DNA of 63,473 bases, counting the filler. It is 7 parts of 7 records of this genome, joined end to end, with 100 filler letters (N's around TTAATTAATTAA, not from the genome) between each part and the next. Parts side by side here need not be neighbours in the genome. Positions count along the whole stretch, not along the records: positions 37,252 to 49,797 come from SRR20825010_2361; 6 more parts are not named here. One strand, given 5' to 3'. Under the pieces are notes generated by a model that worked only from the letters and a program-made list of their open reading frames with translations, made no database searches and was not told the DNA's origin. The translations under genes were made by a program, and so were the position numbers. Shown here one piece after another: positions 39,151-49,897 of the stretch. Every line of letters starts with the position of its first letter. Within the stretch, counting starts at the first letter, position 1.

Positions 39151-39906
39151 TCAAACCGACAGGCGCTGGCTGATCAGTTCCCAGGCTTGCTGGTAGCGTA
39201 AAAGGCGGTCCTTTGCCCTGGTCAGTTCCGCCGGGCTCAGCTTCTGTTGTGCCAGTTTGTCCGGGTGGCATTCCGACACTTTTTTTCGGTAGGCCCGTTT
39301 GATCACCTCGCGGCTGTCACGGCGGGTAACGCCGAGAACCTGGCAGGCCTGCTCGAAGGTGGAGGGTCGGGGCTGGCTCTCCGGTTCGGTGATCCAGACC
39401 TTGCTGGCGTAACTGTCGAGAATGTCATCGCTGACCCTGATCGGCAGCCCCATCTGGTCAATGGCGTCCTCACAACGATAGCGGCGGGGCTTCTCCGGGC
39501 GTCCCTGCAACTGCGCTGCGTGGCAAAGGCAGATGGCAACACGCAATGAGGGAGAGGGCCAGATTCTGTGGGTCAGGCGCAGGCCCAGCGCTTTCAGGGC
39601 AGGGATGCGCTCTGCAGTCTTACCCTTGCGGAAATGGCCAATGGCCTTGCGCCGCTGGCGGCCGGAGAGCTTCAGTGCTTTCATCAGGGTTTCGGCGAAA
39701 CCGATGTCTTTCTCCGTTACCCGCCCTTCCGATTTGGCGATGTAGCCCAGAAAAAAGAACAGGCTCCGGCGACACCAGCGCGGCAGTCGGGTTCTGACCA
39801 GCAATTCGGTGGCCTGGTGGCCGCAGGCGGTCAACTCTCCAAGGAGCTCACTGAACTCTGCTTCCATTCGTGCGGGCAGGTTGTTGTCTCTGGTCTCAGA
39901 GGTCAT
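39151..39906 (-). CDS. DjlA-like co-chaperone (TerB-like + C-terminal J domain)
   Basis: LGYIAKSEGRVTE; J domain IKRAYRKK..ECHPDKL. Confidence 0.8.
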   Translation of the reverse strand: MTSETRDNNLPARMEAEFSELLGELTACGHQATELLVRTRLPRWCRRSLFFFLGYIAKSEGRVTEKDIGFAETLMKALKLSGRQRRKAIGHFRKGKTAERIPALKALGLRLTHRIWPSPSLRVAICLCHAAQLQGRPEKPRRYRCEDAIDQMGLPIRVSDDILDSYASKVWITEPESQPRPSTFEQACQVLGVTRRDSREVIKRAYRKKVSECHPDKLAQQKLSPAELTRAKDRLLRYQQAWELISQRLSV

Positions 39907-39909
39907 GGC

Positions 39910-40590
39910 TCAGCCCCCGCCTTCCATAAGCATCCGGTCCAGCTCCCGTAGCCGTTCCGGGGTACCGATATCCATCCAGTGTCCGCTGTGGCGAATGCCT
40001 TGCACCCGCCCCCGGGTCATAGCATCCCGCAGGATGGGCGCCAGTTTTCGGGCGCCCGGTGTCAGCCCCGAAAACAGGCGACGGTTTAGCAGGCTGATGC
40101 CGGTAAACGTCAGTGTTTCAGGGCCGCTCTCAATCACCGTGCCATCCGCCCGCAGGCAGAAGTCGCCCGCCGGGTTGTGGTCAGGGTTGCCTGTCATGAC
40201 CAGTAATGCGTCGGCATGTTCGGGTGGCGTCAAATGGGACAGATCAAAATCACACCAGATGTCGCCGTTGATCACAACGAACCAATCGTCGTCGCTGCTG
40301 GTCAACAGGGGCAGTGCCTGAATAATCCCGCCAGCGGTCTCCAGGGGGTCGCTTTCCCGCGAGTATTCAATGACCAGCCCGACGTTACTGCCATTACCCA
40401 GCTCCGCTTCGATCTGCGTGCCCAGCCAGGCGTGATTGATCACGATCTCCCTGAAACCAGCAGCTTTCAGCCGTTCCAGATGGTGCACGATCAGCGGCTT
40501 GCCGCCGGCAGGCAGGAGCGGCTTCGGGGTGGTCAGGGTCAGCGGCCGCATGCGCTCGCCTTTGCCGGCTGCGAGAATCATCGCTTTCAC
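39910..40590 (-). CDS. murU: N-acetylmuramate alpha-1-phosphate uridylyltransferase
   Basis: AMILAAGKGERMRPLT, LETAGGI, NGD, WMDIGTPERL; downstream of amgK. Confidence 0.9.
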   Translation of the reverse strand: MKAMILAAGKGERMRPLTLTTPKPLLPAGGKPLIVHHLERLKAAGFREIVINHAWLGTQIEAELGNGSNVGLVIEYSRESDPLETAGGIIQALPLLTSSDDDWFVVINGDIWCDFDLSHLTPPEHADALLVMTGNPDHNPAGDFCLRADGTVIESGPETLTFTGISLLNRRLFSGLTPGARKLAPILRDAMTRGRVQGIRHSGHWMDIGTPERLRELDRMLMEGGG

Positions 40591-41624
40591 TGGCCGAATG
40601 TCTCCACTGGGCCGATCTGCTGCTCAATGGGCGGCACCACGGTGTCTGTGAGCCATTCGTGGAAGTGGCGCAGGGCGGCCTGACGGCTGCTGGCCTCCAC
40701 CAGATAGCCCACGGTGCGGGGAACATCCTTCAGGAAACCGGTCTTGCCGTCACGTATGGCCAGCCGGGCAAAGATGCCCGCGGCTTTCAGATGGCGCTGC
40801 ATGCCCATGAGCTCCAGCCACTGGCGGAAGGTATCCCTGTCAGCCTTGTGGAGGCCGGCCTCGGCACTGAGCACGCGGAAATGGTCTGTCCACTGGTCGA
40901 TGCGTTCTTCCGGCCAGCGGATATAGCAATCTTTCAGCAGCGATACCAGGTCGTAAGTGACCGGGCCGCGCACGGCGTCCTGAAAGTCGATCACGCCGGG
41001 CCTCGTGGTGCCTGCGCGGACCAGCAGATTGCGGGAATGGTAGTCGCGGTGCACCGCCACATTCGGCTGGGCCAGGGCGCTCTCCCGCAGGAAGGCGAAA
41101 GTGGTGTCCAGTAGCGCGCGTTCTCCGTTTGAGAGCGTCAGTCCCAATTGTTGTGTCAGCAACCAGTCCGGAAACAGAGCCATTTCCCGGTCCAGCAAGG
41201 CGATGTCGTAAGCCGGAAGTGGGTAGTCGGGAGCATCGTCGGCCTGCTGTATGCGGACCAGCTCGTCCATTGCCGCGCCATAAAGCTGGTCGGCGTTGGT
41301 GTGGTTTAAGGCGCCGAGCATCAGGGCGTCACCGAAGTCTTCCAGCAGCAGGAAACCCCGGGTCAGGTCTTCGTGGACGATGTCCGGCACAGCGATATCA
41401 AGGCTGCGCCAGTGATGGGCGATCGCCACGAAGGGGTGGCAGTCCTCATGCTCGGGCGGCGCATCCATCACAATATACGGCTGGGCCCCGGTGCCATGTG
41501 GGTTGCCGCTGACGCGGAAGTAGCGGCGGAAACTCGCGTCGCCGGATACTGGCTCGGGTGTCGCCTGGTCAAAACCGGGAAGGTCTCTGACCCACTGGGT
41601 GAGCATTGTCAGGCGGGTATCCAT
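40587..41624 (-). CDS. amgK: Anomeric MurNAc/GlcNAc kinase
   Basis: SGDASFRRYFR, MDAPP, HRDYHSRNL, IDFQDA, QRHLKAAGIF. Confidence 0.9.
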   Translation of the reverse strand: MDTRLTMLTQWVRDLPGFDQATPEPVSGDASFRRYFRVSGNPHGTGAQPYIVMDAPPEHEDCHPFVAIAHHWRSLDIAVPDIVHEDLTRGFLLLEDFGDALMLGALNHTNADQLYGAAMDELVRIQQADDAPDYPLPAYDIALLDREMALFPDWLLTQQLGLTLSNGERALLDTTFAFLRESALAQPNVAVHRDYHSRNLLVRAGTTRPGVIDFQDAVRGPVTYDLVSLLKDCYIRWPEERIDQWTDHFRVLSAEAGLHKADRDTFRQWLELMGMQRHLKAAGIFARLAIRDGKTGFLKDVPRTVGYLVEASSRQAALRHFHEWLTDTVVPPIEQQIGPVETFGQ

Positions 41625-41742
41625 GGAATTGGCTGTTATCCTGGCTCAGAAGTTATCGGTGACCTGGCCGCAACGAACCTGCGGGCTCATGGCCGAAAGT
41701 TAGCAGATCAGTATAGAGGCGGTAAAACGGTTTTGCAGCAAT

Positions 41743-41784
41743 GGTCGGTTTCCGTTAACAAAGGCCGGTTTCCGTTAACAAGGC
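41743..41784. repeat. Direct repeat, 2 x 16 bp identical core at 20-bp period
   Basis: CGGTTTCCGTTAACAA at 41746-41761 and 41766-41781 in the amgK/lptD divergent spacer. Confidence 0.85.
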
Positions 41785-41863
41785 AAAGGGCGCCGTGTAA
41801 ACTAGGCCGCTGTTAAGTGTCTCCGACAGCCGCGAATCCATTCTGGACAGGAACCCGCTCACC

Positions 41864-44266
41864 GTGCCAGCCCCAACAAGGAAGCTGCGAATGCCAACGC
41901 CCCGCATGCGGCACCGTCTCGGGTTGCTGTTCGCGTCCGCTACGGGTTGCACAATGTTGGCACCAATGCCGGTGGTTTATGCCCAGGAAGCCGCCCCTTC
42001 GGCTGCCGAGATTGACTGGCGGCCGAAGTCTGACTTGCCGGAGGATGTCCGTCGTTCCCTGCCGGACTTCTGCGAGGGCGGCTATTTGCCTTCCGCAGTG
42101 CCGGGGACGGTTAAAGGCGGCGCTGGAGAGCCAGCAGCGAAACATGGCCAGGCTCCCCTACAGGCCAGTGGGCTCAATGCGCGGTATGAACTCGACAACG
42201 AACTGTTTCTGCGGGGAGACGTTCGTCTGCAGCAGCCGGGATTCCAGGTGACGGGCTCCGAGGCCCGCTACAACCAGGCAACCGGTGCGGTGGCCATAGA
42301 GGGGCCGCTGACCAGCCGCGGTGACGGCTTCCTGCTGACCGGGGAACGTGCGGACTATGACGTCAACAGCGGCCGGGTGGACATCAATACCGCGACCTTC
42401 CTCCTGCACGGCCCGGAAATGCGGGGTTCCGCTACTCAGCTTTCCCGCACGGCGGAAGACCAGGTACGAATTCGTGGCGGCTCACTGACCACCTGCGCCC
42501 CGGACAACAACGATTGGTCCATCGTGGCGTCCGACATCCACCTGGACCAGGGCGAAGGTGTGGGCACGGCAAAGCACGTACGCCTTGAGATCAGTGATAT
42601 CCCGGTGTTCTACTGGCCCTATGCCAGTTTCCCCATTGACGATCGCCGCAAGACAGGCTTTCTCTATCCGTCTTTTGGTACCTCCAACGCGGGTAGCGGC
42701 GCTTTCCTGTCGGTTCCCTACTACCTCAACCTGGCGCCACACTACGACGCGACGCTGACGCCCCAGTACATACATGGGCGTGGATTGTTTACCGAGGCGG
42801 AGGGGCGTTACCTGAGCAGTCTTGGGGAATCGGTGCTTCAGCTAGGCTACGCGGGCAACGACACCGAGTACGAGGAGGAGTTTCCCTCGCAAGGGGGTGA
42901 ACGCTGGGGGCTTGATTTCAGTACCCAGGCGAGATTCGGATACGGCTGGACCGGCTACGGGGATTATTCCGTGGTTAGCGATGACGACTACCTCAGTGAT
43001 CTCAACCGCAACCTGGAGATCAATCGCGCAACCCATCTGCGTCGCCGGGGTGGTATCCGCTATCGGGATTCCTCCCAGTATTTTGAAACCTATCTCAACG
43101 GCTACCAGACCCTCAGCGATTTCATTGCCGACGAGAACATTCCCTACTCGCAATTACCAGAAGTATTGTACGGCGCCACCGTGGATGCGGGGCCGGCGGA
43201 ACTGAATCTGGAAAGCCAGTACACGTATTTCTACCGTGATAATGATGACCTGACGGGGCTCGACCGGGCCAACGGCCAGCGCTTTCGCGCCATACCCGAG
43301 CTGGCATTGCCCATGCGGGCGCTCTGGGGCTATGCCAGACCTTCCGTCAGTGTCGATTACACACGCTATGAGCTGGAGGACTACACCACACGGGACCCTG
43401 GCTTTGATCGTACCGTTCCGGTCGCGGAGTGGGATTCCGGCCTGTATTTTGATCGCCAGTCCAGCCTGTTCGATATTCCCTATAACCAGAGCCTGGAGCC
43501 CCGGCTTTACTATGCCTGGGCTGATGCCGATGCGGACCAATCGTTCATTCCGGACTTCGACACCGCCATTCGCTCATTTAGCTTCGACCAGTTGTTCCAA
43601 CGCAATCGTTTCAGCGGCGGTGATCGGGTAGGTGATAGCAATCAATTGACCGTGGCACTAACCAGCCGCTTCAATGATTTGCTCACCGGCGCTGAACGTG
43701 CCCGCTTCAGCATTGGCCAGGTTCACTATTACGATGACCGGGAAGTGACGCTCGATGGGGAGGGGGCCTCTGACGCCAGTGACTCCCCGCTGGCCGGTGA
43801 AATGGTTTTGCGACCGGTGGACGGCCTGGAAATTCGAACCTCCGGCCTGTGGGAGCCGGACACCAGTAAGACGCAGGAAGGTCGCAGTCAGCTGATTTTC
43901 CACTCCGATGATTACCGTTATCTGGCCAGCCTGGGGCACAGTTACCGGCGAGACGAATTCGAGCAGTCGGATATCGGGGGCGTTTTTCCTGTCACAGACC
44001 GTGTTAGTCTGATCGGCCGCTGGGTCTACGATTCCGAGCTTGATCGTACGGTCGGTTCACTGGCCGGGCTGGAATACAATAACTGTTGCTGGAGTGTGCA
44101 GCTGGTGCACCAGAATTACCTGACGGACGACGAACAGCTTGAGAGTCGCATGCTGTTTCAGATCCAGCTCAAGGGACTGGGCGGGAGCGGCGGATCGTCC
44201 AGCCAGATTTCCGAAGCCATCTATGGCTTTGACGAAAGGGAACGTCGCCGTTTCGGTGATCGCTGA
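41864..44266 (+). CDS. lptD: LPS assembly outer-membrane protein LptD
   Basis: TTCAP, PVFYWPY, PYYLNLAPHYD, LEPRLYY, NNCCW, QIQLKGLG; exact start uncertain. Confidence 0.93.
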   Translation: MPAPTRKLRMPTPRMRHRLGLLFASATGCTMLAPMPVVYAQEAAPSAAEIDWRPKSDLPEDVRRSLPDFCEGGYLPSAVPGTVKGGAGEPAAKHGQAPLQASGLNARYELDNELFLRGDVRLQQPGFQVTGSEARYNQATGAVAIEGPLTSRGDGFLLTGERADYDVNSGRVDINTATFLLHGPEMRGSATQLSRTAEDQVRIRGGSLTTCAPDNNDWSIVASDIHLDQGEGVGTAKHVRLEISDIPVFYWPYASFPIDDRRKTGFLYPSFGTSNAGSGAFLSVPYYLNLAPHYDATLTPQYIHGRGLFTEAEGRYLSSLGESVLQLGYAGNDTEYEEEFPSQGGERWGLDFSTQARFGYGWTGYGDYSVVSDDDYLSDLNRNLEINRATHLRRRGGIRYRDSSQYFETYLNGYQTLSDFIADENIPYSQLPEVLYGATVDAGPAELNLESQYTYFYRDNDDLTGLDRANGQRFRAIPELALPMRALWGYARPSVSVDYTRYELEDYTTRDPGFDRTVPVAEWDSGLYFDRQSSLFDIPYNQSLEPRLYYAWADADADQSFIPDFDTAIRSFSFDQLFQRNRFSGGDRVGDSNQLTVALTSRFNDLLTGAERARFSIGQVHYYDDREVTLDGEGASDASDSPLAGEMVLRPVDGLEIRTSGLWEPDTSKTQEGRSQLIFHSDDYRYLASLGHSYRRDEFEQSDIGGVFPVTDRVSLIGRWVYDSELDRTVGSLAGLEYNNCCWSVQLVHQNYLTDDEQLESRMLFQIQLKGLGGSGGSSSQISEAIYGFDERERRRFGDR

Positions 44267-44330
44267 TGCCTGACAGTCAGGCTCGGGATGCCGGGGTGAC
44301 AGGCAGTATTCTTCCATACTAGAGGTGACT

Positions 44331-45653
44331 ATGAAGGCGAACCTTCGCCATTGCGCACAAATGATGCTGGCACTGATGGTTGTGATGGTATCCGCAACCG
44401 TACAGGCGGACCGTAAACTGCTTGATCAGGTGGTGGCAGTCGTCAACGACGACGTTATTCTTCAGTCCGAGCTCGAGGCACGGATCAACACCATCACCGG
44501 GCGGCTGCGCGCTCAGGGCACCGGATTGCCACCAAGGGATATTCTGGAAGAACGGGTTCTGGAGCAGTTGATCAGCGAGTCCATCCAGTTACAGATGGCG
44601 GACAGGGCCGGAATGCGCATCAGCGACAACGAGCTCAATGAAACTCTGGCATCCATCGCCCAGCGCAACAATATGACGTTGGCCCAGTTCGAGCAACAAC
44701 TGGTCCAGGAAGGTGTCACCTATCGCGAGGCCCGTGAGCAGATTCGCAACGAGATGATTACCAGCCGGGTACAGCAGCGTCAGGTTGGCAATCGCGTGCG
44801 GGTCACGGATCGGGAAGTTGAGAACTATCTTGCGGCAATGGAGGGTCAGGGCCGTAGCAATGCAGAGTATGAGCTTGCCCATATTCTCATTGAGGTGAAC
44901 GATTTCAATGACGAGGACGAGGTCAGCGCTGCCCGCGAAAAGGTGGAGCAACTGCGTGAAGAAATTGCCGAGGGGCGGGACTTCCGCTCTGTTGCCGTTG
45001 CTGAATCCGATGCCAGCAATGCCCTCGACGGTGGCAACATGGGATGGCGTGCCGAGAACCAACTGCCGTCACTGGTGGCCGATGTGGTCCCGGATCTTGA
45101 AACCGGAACCGTCTCCCCGGTACTCAGGAACAGCAGTGGCTTCCACCTGGTGATGGTGATGGATCGCCGCGGCGGTGATAAAGCACAGTTCATCGAGCAG
45201 TCGAAAGTCCGTCACATCCTGGTACGCACCTCGGAAACCGTGTCGGAAGCCCAGGCGGAAGCAACCATTCGCGATCTCTATCAGCAAATCGATAATGGCG
45301 CCGATTTCGCCGTCATCGCCCGGGAGCACTCTGATGACCCGGTTTCCGGCTCTGACGGTGGTAACCTCGGATGGGTCAGCCCCGGACAGATGGTGCCGGA
45401 GTTCGAGCAGGCGATGATGGAAGCGGATGTGGGCGAGCTCAAGGGTCCGTTCCGCTCCCAGTTTGGCTGGCACATTCTGCAGGTGCAGGACCGTCGTCAG
45501 CAGGACATCAGCAGTGATGTACGGGAATCCGAGGCGCGGCAGGCCATCTACCGCCGCAAGTTTGATACCGAACTGCAGAACTGGCTGCGGGAGATCCGTG
45601 ACGAGGCGTTTATCGAGTTCAAGAGCGGTTACGGAGCTGACAGCGAATCATGA
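44331..45653 (+). CDS. surA: Periplasmic chaperone/PPIase SurA
   Basis: DQVVAVVN, two parvulin domains (GGNMGW; GGNLGW...FGWH); GAGGTG RBS. Confidence 0.94.
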   Translation: MKANLRHCAQMMLALMVVMVSATVQADRKLLDQVVAVVNDDVILQSELEARINTITGRLRAQGTGLPPRDILEERVLEQLISESIQLQMADRAGMRISDNELNETLASIAQRNNMTLAQFEQQLVQEGVTYREAREQIRNEMITSRVQQRQVGNRVRVTDREVENYLAAMEGQGRSNAEYELAHILIEVNDFNDEDEVSAAREKVEQLREEIAEGRDFRSVAVAESDASNALDGGNMGWRAENQLPSLVADVVPDLETGTVSPVLRNSSGFHLVMVMDRRGGDKAQFIEQSKVRHILVRTSETVSEAQAEATIRDLYQQIDNGADFAVIAREHSDDPVSGSDGGNLGWVSPGQMVPEFEQAMMEADVGELKGPFRSQFGWHILQVQDRRQQDISSDVRESEARQAIYRRKFDTELQNWLREIRDEAFIEFKSGYGADSES

Positions 45654-46651
45654 CACAGCCGGTCATCCTCGCACTGACAGCGGGCGAACCTGCGGGCATT
45701 GGCCCGGAGCTTTGTTTGCAACTGGCCCTGAAAAAACGCGGGCCCGGCATTGTGGTGGTGTCCAGCAAACCTCTGCTGGAGGCGAGGGCCCGACTGCTTG
45801 GGTTGAATGTAGAGCTGGAAGACTGGGCGCCGGGAGCACCAGCCACTGCTGAACCGGGCCGGCTCTCCGTGCTTTCCGTTGATGGATTGGCGTCCACTAC
45901 GGCCGGCCAGCTGGATCCGGCGAATAGCGCCTATGTTCTGGAAACCCTGCGAGTAGCCGCCCAGGGCTGCCTTGATGGTACGTTCGATGGGATGGTGACG
46001 GCACCGGTTCACAAGGGCGTTATCAACAACGCCGGCATCGCCTTTAGTGGCCACACCGAGTTCCTGCAGGAGCTCTGTGGTGTTGAGCGTGTGGTGATGA
46101 TGCTGGCCACGGACGAGTTAAGAGTGGCACTGGTGACCACCCATTTGCCCCTGAAGGACGTCTCTGCGGCGATTACGGCCGAGCGCCTGACCCAGGTCAC
46201 CCGTATTCTGGACAATGACCTGCGCAAGTTCTTCGGCCTTCAGCATCCCAGAATCCTGGTTGCAGGGCTTAACCCCCACGCTGGTGAAGGCGGACATCTG
46301 GGGCGGGAAGAAATCGACGTCATCGAGCCGACCCTGGACAAGCTGCGCCGGGAAGGCATCGACCTGACGGGCCCATTGCCGGCGGACACCCTCTTCACCC
46401 CTCATTGGCTCGATAACGCCGACGCGGTACTGGCCATGTACCATGACCAGGGCTTGCCGGTTCTCAAATTCCAGGGCTTCGGCCGGGCGGTCAATATCAC
46501 CCTGGGCCTGCCCATTGTGCGAACCTCCGTCGACCATGGCACCGCCCTTGATCTGGCCGGCACGGGCAGGGCAGATGCCGGCAGCCTGGAAACGGCAATC
46601 CGGGTGGGCGAACGAATGGCAACTTCAGCGAAAAGAGATCCTATCGAGTGA
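45650..46651 (+). CDS. pdxA: 4-hydroxythreonine-4-phosphate dehydrogenase
   Basis: [39 protein letters not shown]. Confidence 0.96.
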   Translation: MTQPVILALTAGEPAGIGPELCLQLALKKRGPGIVVVSSKPLLEARARLLGLNVELEDWAPGAPATAEPGRLSVLSVDGLASTTAGQLDPANSAYVLETLRVAAQGCLDGTFDGMVTAPVHKGVINNAGIAFSGHTEFLQELCGVERVVMMLATDELRVALVTTHLPLKDVSAAITAERLTQVTRILDNDLRKFFGLQHPRILVAGLNPHAGEGGHLGREEIDVIEPTLDKLRREGIDLTGPLPADTLFTPHWLDNADAVLAMYHDQGLPVLKFQGFGRAVNITLGLPIVRTSVDHGTALDLAGTGRADAGSLETAIRVGERMATSAKRDPIE

Positions 46652-47478
46652 GTAGCAAACACGGCCATCAGGCCCGGAAACGCTTCGGTCAGAACTTTCT
46701 TCACGACCCCGGCGTGATTGAACGCATTATTCGCGCTATCCATCCCAAGCCGGACGATGCCCTTGTGGAAATCGGGCCTGGACTGGGCGCTCTCACCGAG
46801 GAAATGCTTGCCGTTAACTCGAACCTCCAGGTGGTGGAGCTGGATCGGGACCTGATTCCTGTGCTCAGGACCAAATTCTTCAATTACCCCAACTTCCGCA
46901 TTCATGAAGCGGATGCGTTGAAGTTTGATTTCGGCGAACTGGTTGCCGACAAGCCCCTGAGGATCATCGGCAACCTGCCGTACAATATTTCCACGCCATT
47001 GATTTTCCACTTGCTGGGGCATTCCGGCGTGGTGCAGGACATGCATTTCATGCTGCAGAAGGAAGTGGTTCAACGGATGGCGGCGGTGCCCGGAGACAAC
47101 AACTACGGCCGGTTGGGGATCATGACCCAGTATTTCTGCCGGGTGCAGCCGTTGTTTGAAGTCGGCCCAGGCGCTTTCCGGCCAGCGCCGAAAGTGGATT
47201 CCGCCATCGTTCGGCTGGTGCCCCATAAGACGCTGCCGCATCCAGCAAAGGATTATAAGCTGCTGCAGGCGGTGGTGCGCACCGCCTTCAGTGCCCGGCG
47301 AAAAACCCTCCGAAAGGCGCTGGCCGGCATGGTTTCCGTGGATCAACTCAACAGCGTTGGCATCAACGATGGCCTGCGCCCGGAAAACCTTGGCCTGGCA
47401 GAGTATGTTGCGATTGCCGATTTGTTGGCTGACAGTAAACCTGAAAATTTCGGTGCTGATGAGGTAAGTCATGACTGA
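46648..47478 (+). CDS. rsmA: 16S rRNA m6(2)A dimethyltransferase KsgA
   Basis: [28 protein letters not shown]. Confidence 0.96.
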   Translation: MSSKHGHQARKRFGQNFLHDPGVIERIIRAIHPKPDDALVEIGPGLGALTEEMLAVNSNLQVVELDRDLIPVLRTKFFNYPNFRIHEADALKFDFGELVADKPLRIIGNLPYNISTPLIFHLLGHSGVVQDMHFMLQKEVVQRMAAVPGDNNYGRLGIMTQYFCRVQPLFEVGPGAFRPAPKVDSAIVRLVPHKTLPHPAKDYKLLQAVVRTAFSARRKTLRKALAGMVSVDQLNSVGINDGLRPENLGLAEYVAIADLLADSKPENFGADEVSHD

Positions 47479-48271
47479 TTACGCCATTGGCGATATCCAG
47501 GGCTGCTATGAACGTCTCCTGGATGTGCTCGCCAAGGTGGATTTCTCACCGTCGCGGGATCGGCTCTGGGTGGCCGGCGACCTGATCAACCGCGGCCCGT
47601 CTTCGCTGGAAACCCTGCGCTACGTTGAAAGCCTGGGTAGCTCTGCAGTGGTGGTGCTGGGCAATCACGACCTGCACCTGCTGGCGGTGGCCATGGGTGG
47701 CCATGCTCTGAGGAACAAGGACACGCTCGCCGATATACTCGAAGCGCCGGATCACCAACGGCTTTTCGATTGGCTCCGGCAGCAGAATCTCTGTGTTCAT
47801 GATGAAGACCGCAATCTGGTGATGGTCCATGCCGGGCTGCCACACATCTGGTCTGTGGAAGAAGCGGTCGGCTACAGCCGGGAAGTGGAAGCGGTGATTC
47901 GCGGGCCCGAGGCCGAAAGCTACTTTGCAGATATGTACGGGAACTGGCCTGAACGCTGGCACCCGGACCTCAGTGGTATGGATCGGTGGCGGGTCATTAC
48001 CAACTATTTCACCCGTATGCGGTTTATTGCCGAGGATGGCACCCTGGAACTCGCCGCCAAAGAGTCGGCCGCGTCGGCGCCGGATGGCTATGCACCCTGG
48101 TTTCGCTTCCCTCGCCAGGATGATGTGCGTGTGGTGTTCGGACATTGGGCAGCACTGGAAGGCCAGACTGAAAGCACCCGTTATTTCGGGCTGGATACCG
48201 GTTGTGTCTGGGGTGGAAAGCTTACCCTGATGAATCTTGATACCGGGGAAAAGATCCATTCTGACTGCTAG
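47471..48271 (+). CDS. apaH: Symmetrical bis(5'-nucleosyl)-tetraphosphatase
   Basis: IGDIQGC, GDLINRGP, LGNHD, FGHWAAL, LDTGCVWG. Confidence 0.95.
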   Translation: MTDYAIGDIQGCYERLLDVLAKVDFSPSRDRLWVAGDLINRGPSSLETLRYVESLGSSAVVVLGNHDLHLLAVAMGGHALRNKDTLADILEAPDHQRLFDWLRQQNLCVHDEDRNLVMVHAGLPHIWSVEEAVGYSREVEAVIRGPEAESYFADMYGNWPERWHPDLSGMDRWRVITNYFTRMRFIAEDGTLELAAKESAASAPDGYAPWFRFPRQDDVRVVFGHWAALEGQTESTRYFGLDTGCVWGGKLTLMNLDTGEKIHSDC

Positions 48272-48653
48272 ACAGATAGAACCCCTGCGCCCGGCACTGG
48301 TGTTGGGCGCGCTGTTTGCCCTGTTAGCGGTGATGGCAGGAGCCTTTGGTGCACACGGGTTGCGTGGTGTAATTGACGAGCGGGGGCTTGAAGTTTTCCA
48401 GACTGCCGTCACATATCAGATATACCACTCATTGGCGTTAATTCTTGTCGCGATACTCCCGGTTGCGGGTCTGTCGCGGCGTTTGCTCGGCGTTGCGGCC
48501 GGCTTTTTTGTTGCTGGAATCCTGTTGTTCAGTGGCAGCCTGTACCTCCTGGTGCTAACGGACCTTCGCTGGATGGGGCCGGTTACGCCGGTTGGAGGAA
48601 TCGGCTTTATGGTGGGCTGGATATTGGTTCTGATGGCGGGATTCAGGCGTTAG
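48237..48653 (+). CDS. DUF423 (YgdD-like) membrane protein
   Basis: GAFGAHGL, YQIYH, FSGSLY, TPVGG; start codon uncertain. Confidence 0.85.
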   Translation: MIPGKRSILTARQIEPLRPALVLGALFALLAVMAGAFGAHGLRGVIDERGLEVFQTAVTYQIYHSLALILVAILPVAGLSRRLLGVAAGFFVAGILLFSGSLYLLVLTDLRWMGPVTPVGGIGFMVGWILVLMAGFRR

Positions 48654-48680
48654 AGACAGATGTTTAAGGCAGGTAACGTT

Positions 48681-48881
48681 ATGCAGGTACAGGTCAACGG
48701 TGACGCCATGGAGCTTCCCGAAGAAGTCACTGTCGCGGTATTGATAGAGCGGATGGCATTGGTTGGCAAGCGATTCGCTGTGGAAGTCAACGAAGATATT
48801 GTTCCCCGCAGCCAGCACGCCACCTTCAGCCTCAGCGATGGCGACAGGGTAGAGGTGGTTCACGCTATTGGCGGCGGTTAA
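48681..48881 (+). CDS. thiS: Sulfur carrier protein ThiS
   Basis: VNG, AVEVN..IVPRS, C-terminal GG; upstream of thiG. Confidence 0.93.
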   Translation: MQVQVNGDAMELPEEVTVAVLIERMALVGKRFAVEVNEDIVPRSQHATFSLSDGDRVEVVHAIGGG

Positions 48882-48936
48882 TAACCGCCTTGCCATTCCT
48901 TTTCCACGATTCTTTTAATGAGTTCAGGTGTAAAGC

Positions 48937-49746
48937 ATGAGTGACAGTTCTGAAAGACCGCTTCCCGAAGACAAGCCGCTTGAAATCGCCGGTCGGGTAT
49001 ACCAGTCCCGGTTGCTGGTAGGCACAGGTAAGTATCGGGACATGGCTGAAACCGGCCATGCGATTGAAGCCAGCGGTGCGGAGATTGTCACCTTTGCCGT
49101 GCGCCGTACCAATCTGGGCCAGAACCCGGATGAACCGAGTTTGTTGGACGTGGTATCCCCTGAGCGCTACACCATGCTGCCTAACACCGCTGGCTGTTAC
49201 ACCGCAAAAGATGCCGTGCGTACCTGCAAGCTCGCACGGGAGCTGCTGGATGGCCATGACCTGGTCAAGCTGGAAGTGCTGGGTGAGGAAAAAACCCTGT
49301 ACCCGAACATGACCGAAACCCTGGTGGCCGCAGAGGAACTGATCCGCGATGGCTTCAAGGTGATGGTGTATTGCTCGGACGACCCGTTGCTGGCCAAGCG
49401 TCTTGAGGAAATGGGCTGTATCGCCATCATGCCGCTGGGCGCACCAATTGGTTCCGGCCTGGGTATCCAGAACCGTTACAACATCCGCCTGATCGTCGAG
49501 AACGCCAATGTACCGGTGTTGGTGGATGCCGGTGTAGGTACCGCTTCTGACGCAACCCTGGCAATGGAGTTGGGTTGCGATGGTGTGCTGATGAACACTG
49601 CCATCGCCCAGGCCCAGGACCCGATCCGCATGGCCAAGGCAATGCGCCTGGCCATTGAATCTGGCCGCGATGCCTATCTGGCGGGGCGTATGCCGAAGAA
49701 GCTTTATGCCAGCGCATCGTCGCCCCTTGATGGTACTTTCTTCTGA
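48937..49746 (+). CDS. thiG: Thiazole synthase
   Basis: [38 protein letters not shown]. Confidence 0.96.
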   Translation: MSDSSERPLPEDKPLEIAGRVYQSRLLVGTGKYRDMAETGHAIEASGAEIVTFAVRRTNLGQNPDEPSLLDVVSPERYTMLPNTAGCYTAKDAVRTCKLARELLDGHDLVKLEVLGEEKTLYPNMTETLVAAEELIRDGFKVMVYCSDDPLLAKRLEEMGCIAIMPLGAPIGSGLGIQNRYNIRLIVENANVPVLVDAGVGTASDATLAMELGCDGVLMNTAIAQAQDPIRMAKAMRLAIESGRDAYLAGRMPKKLYASASSPLDGTFF

Positions 49747-49797
49747 TCAGGTCCAGAATTTCAACTGATGGTGCCAGTACAGGCGGGCGCATCCAAT

Positions 49798-49897
49798 NNN
49801 NNNNNNNNNNNNNNNNNNNNNNNNNNNNNNNNNNNNNNNNNTTAATTAATTAANNNNNNNNNNNNNNNNNNNNNNNNNNNNNNNNNNNNNNNNNNNN
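49798..49897. other. Artificial contig spacer
   Basis: 44 N + TTAATTAATTAA + 44 N. Confidence 0.99.

Noticed and set aside
48654..48936. TPP riboswitch near thiS-thiG
   Set aside because: Intergenic gaps are too short and lack the riboswitch core
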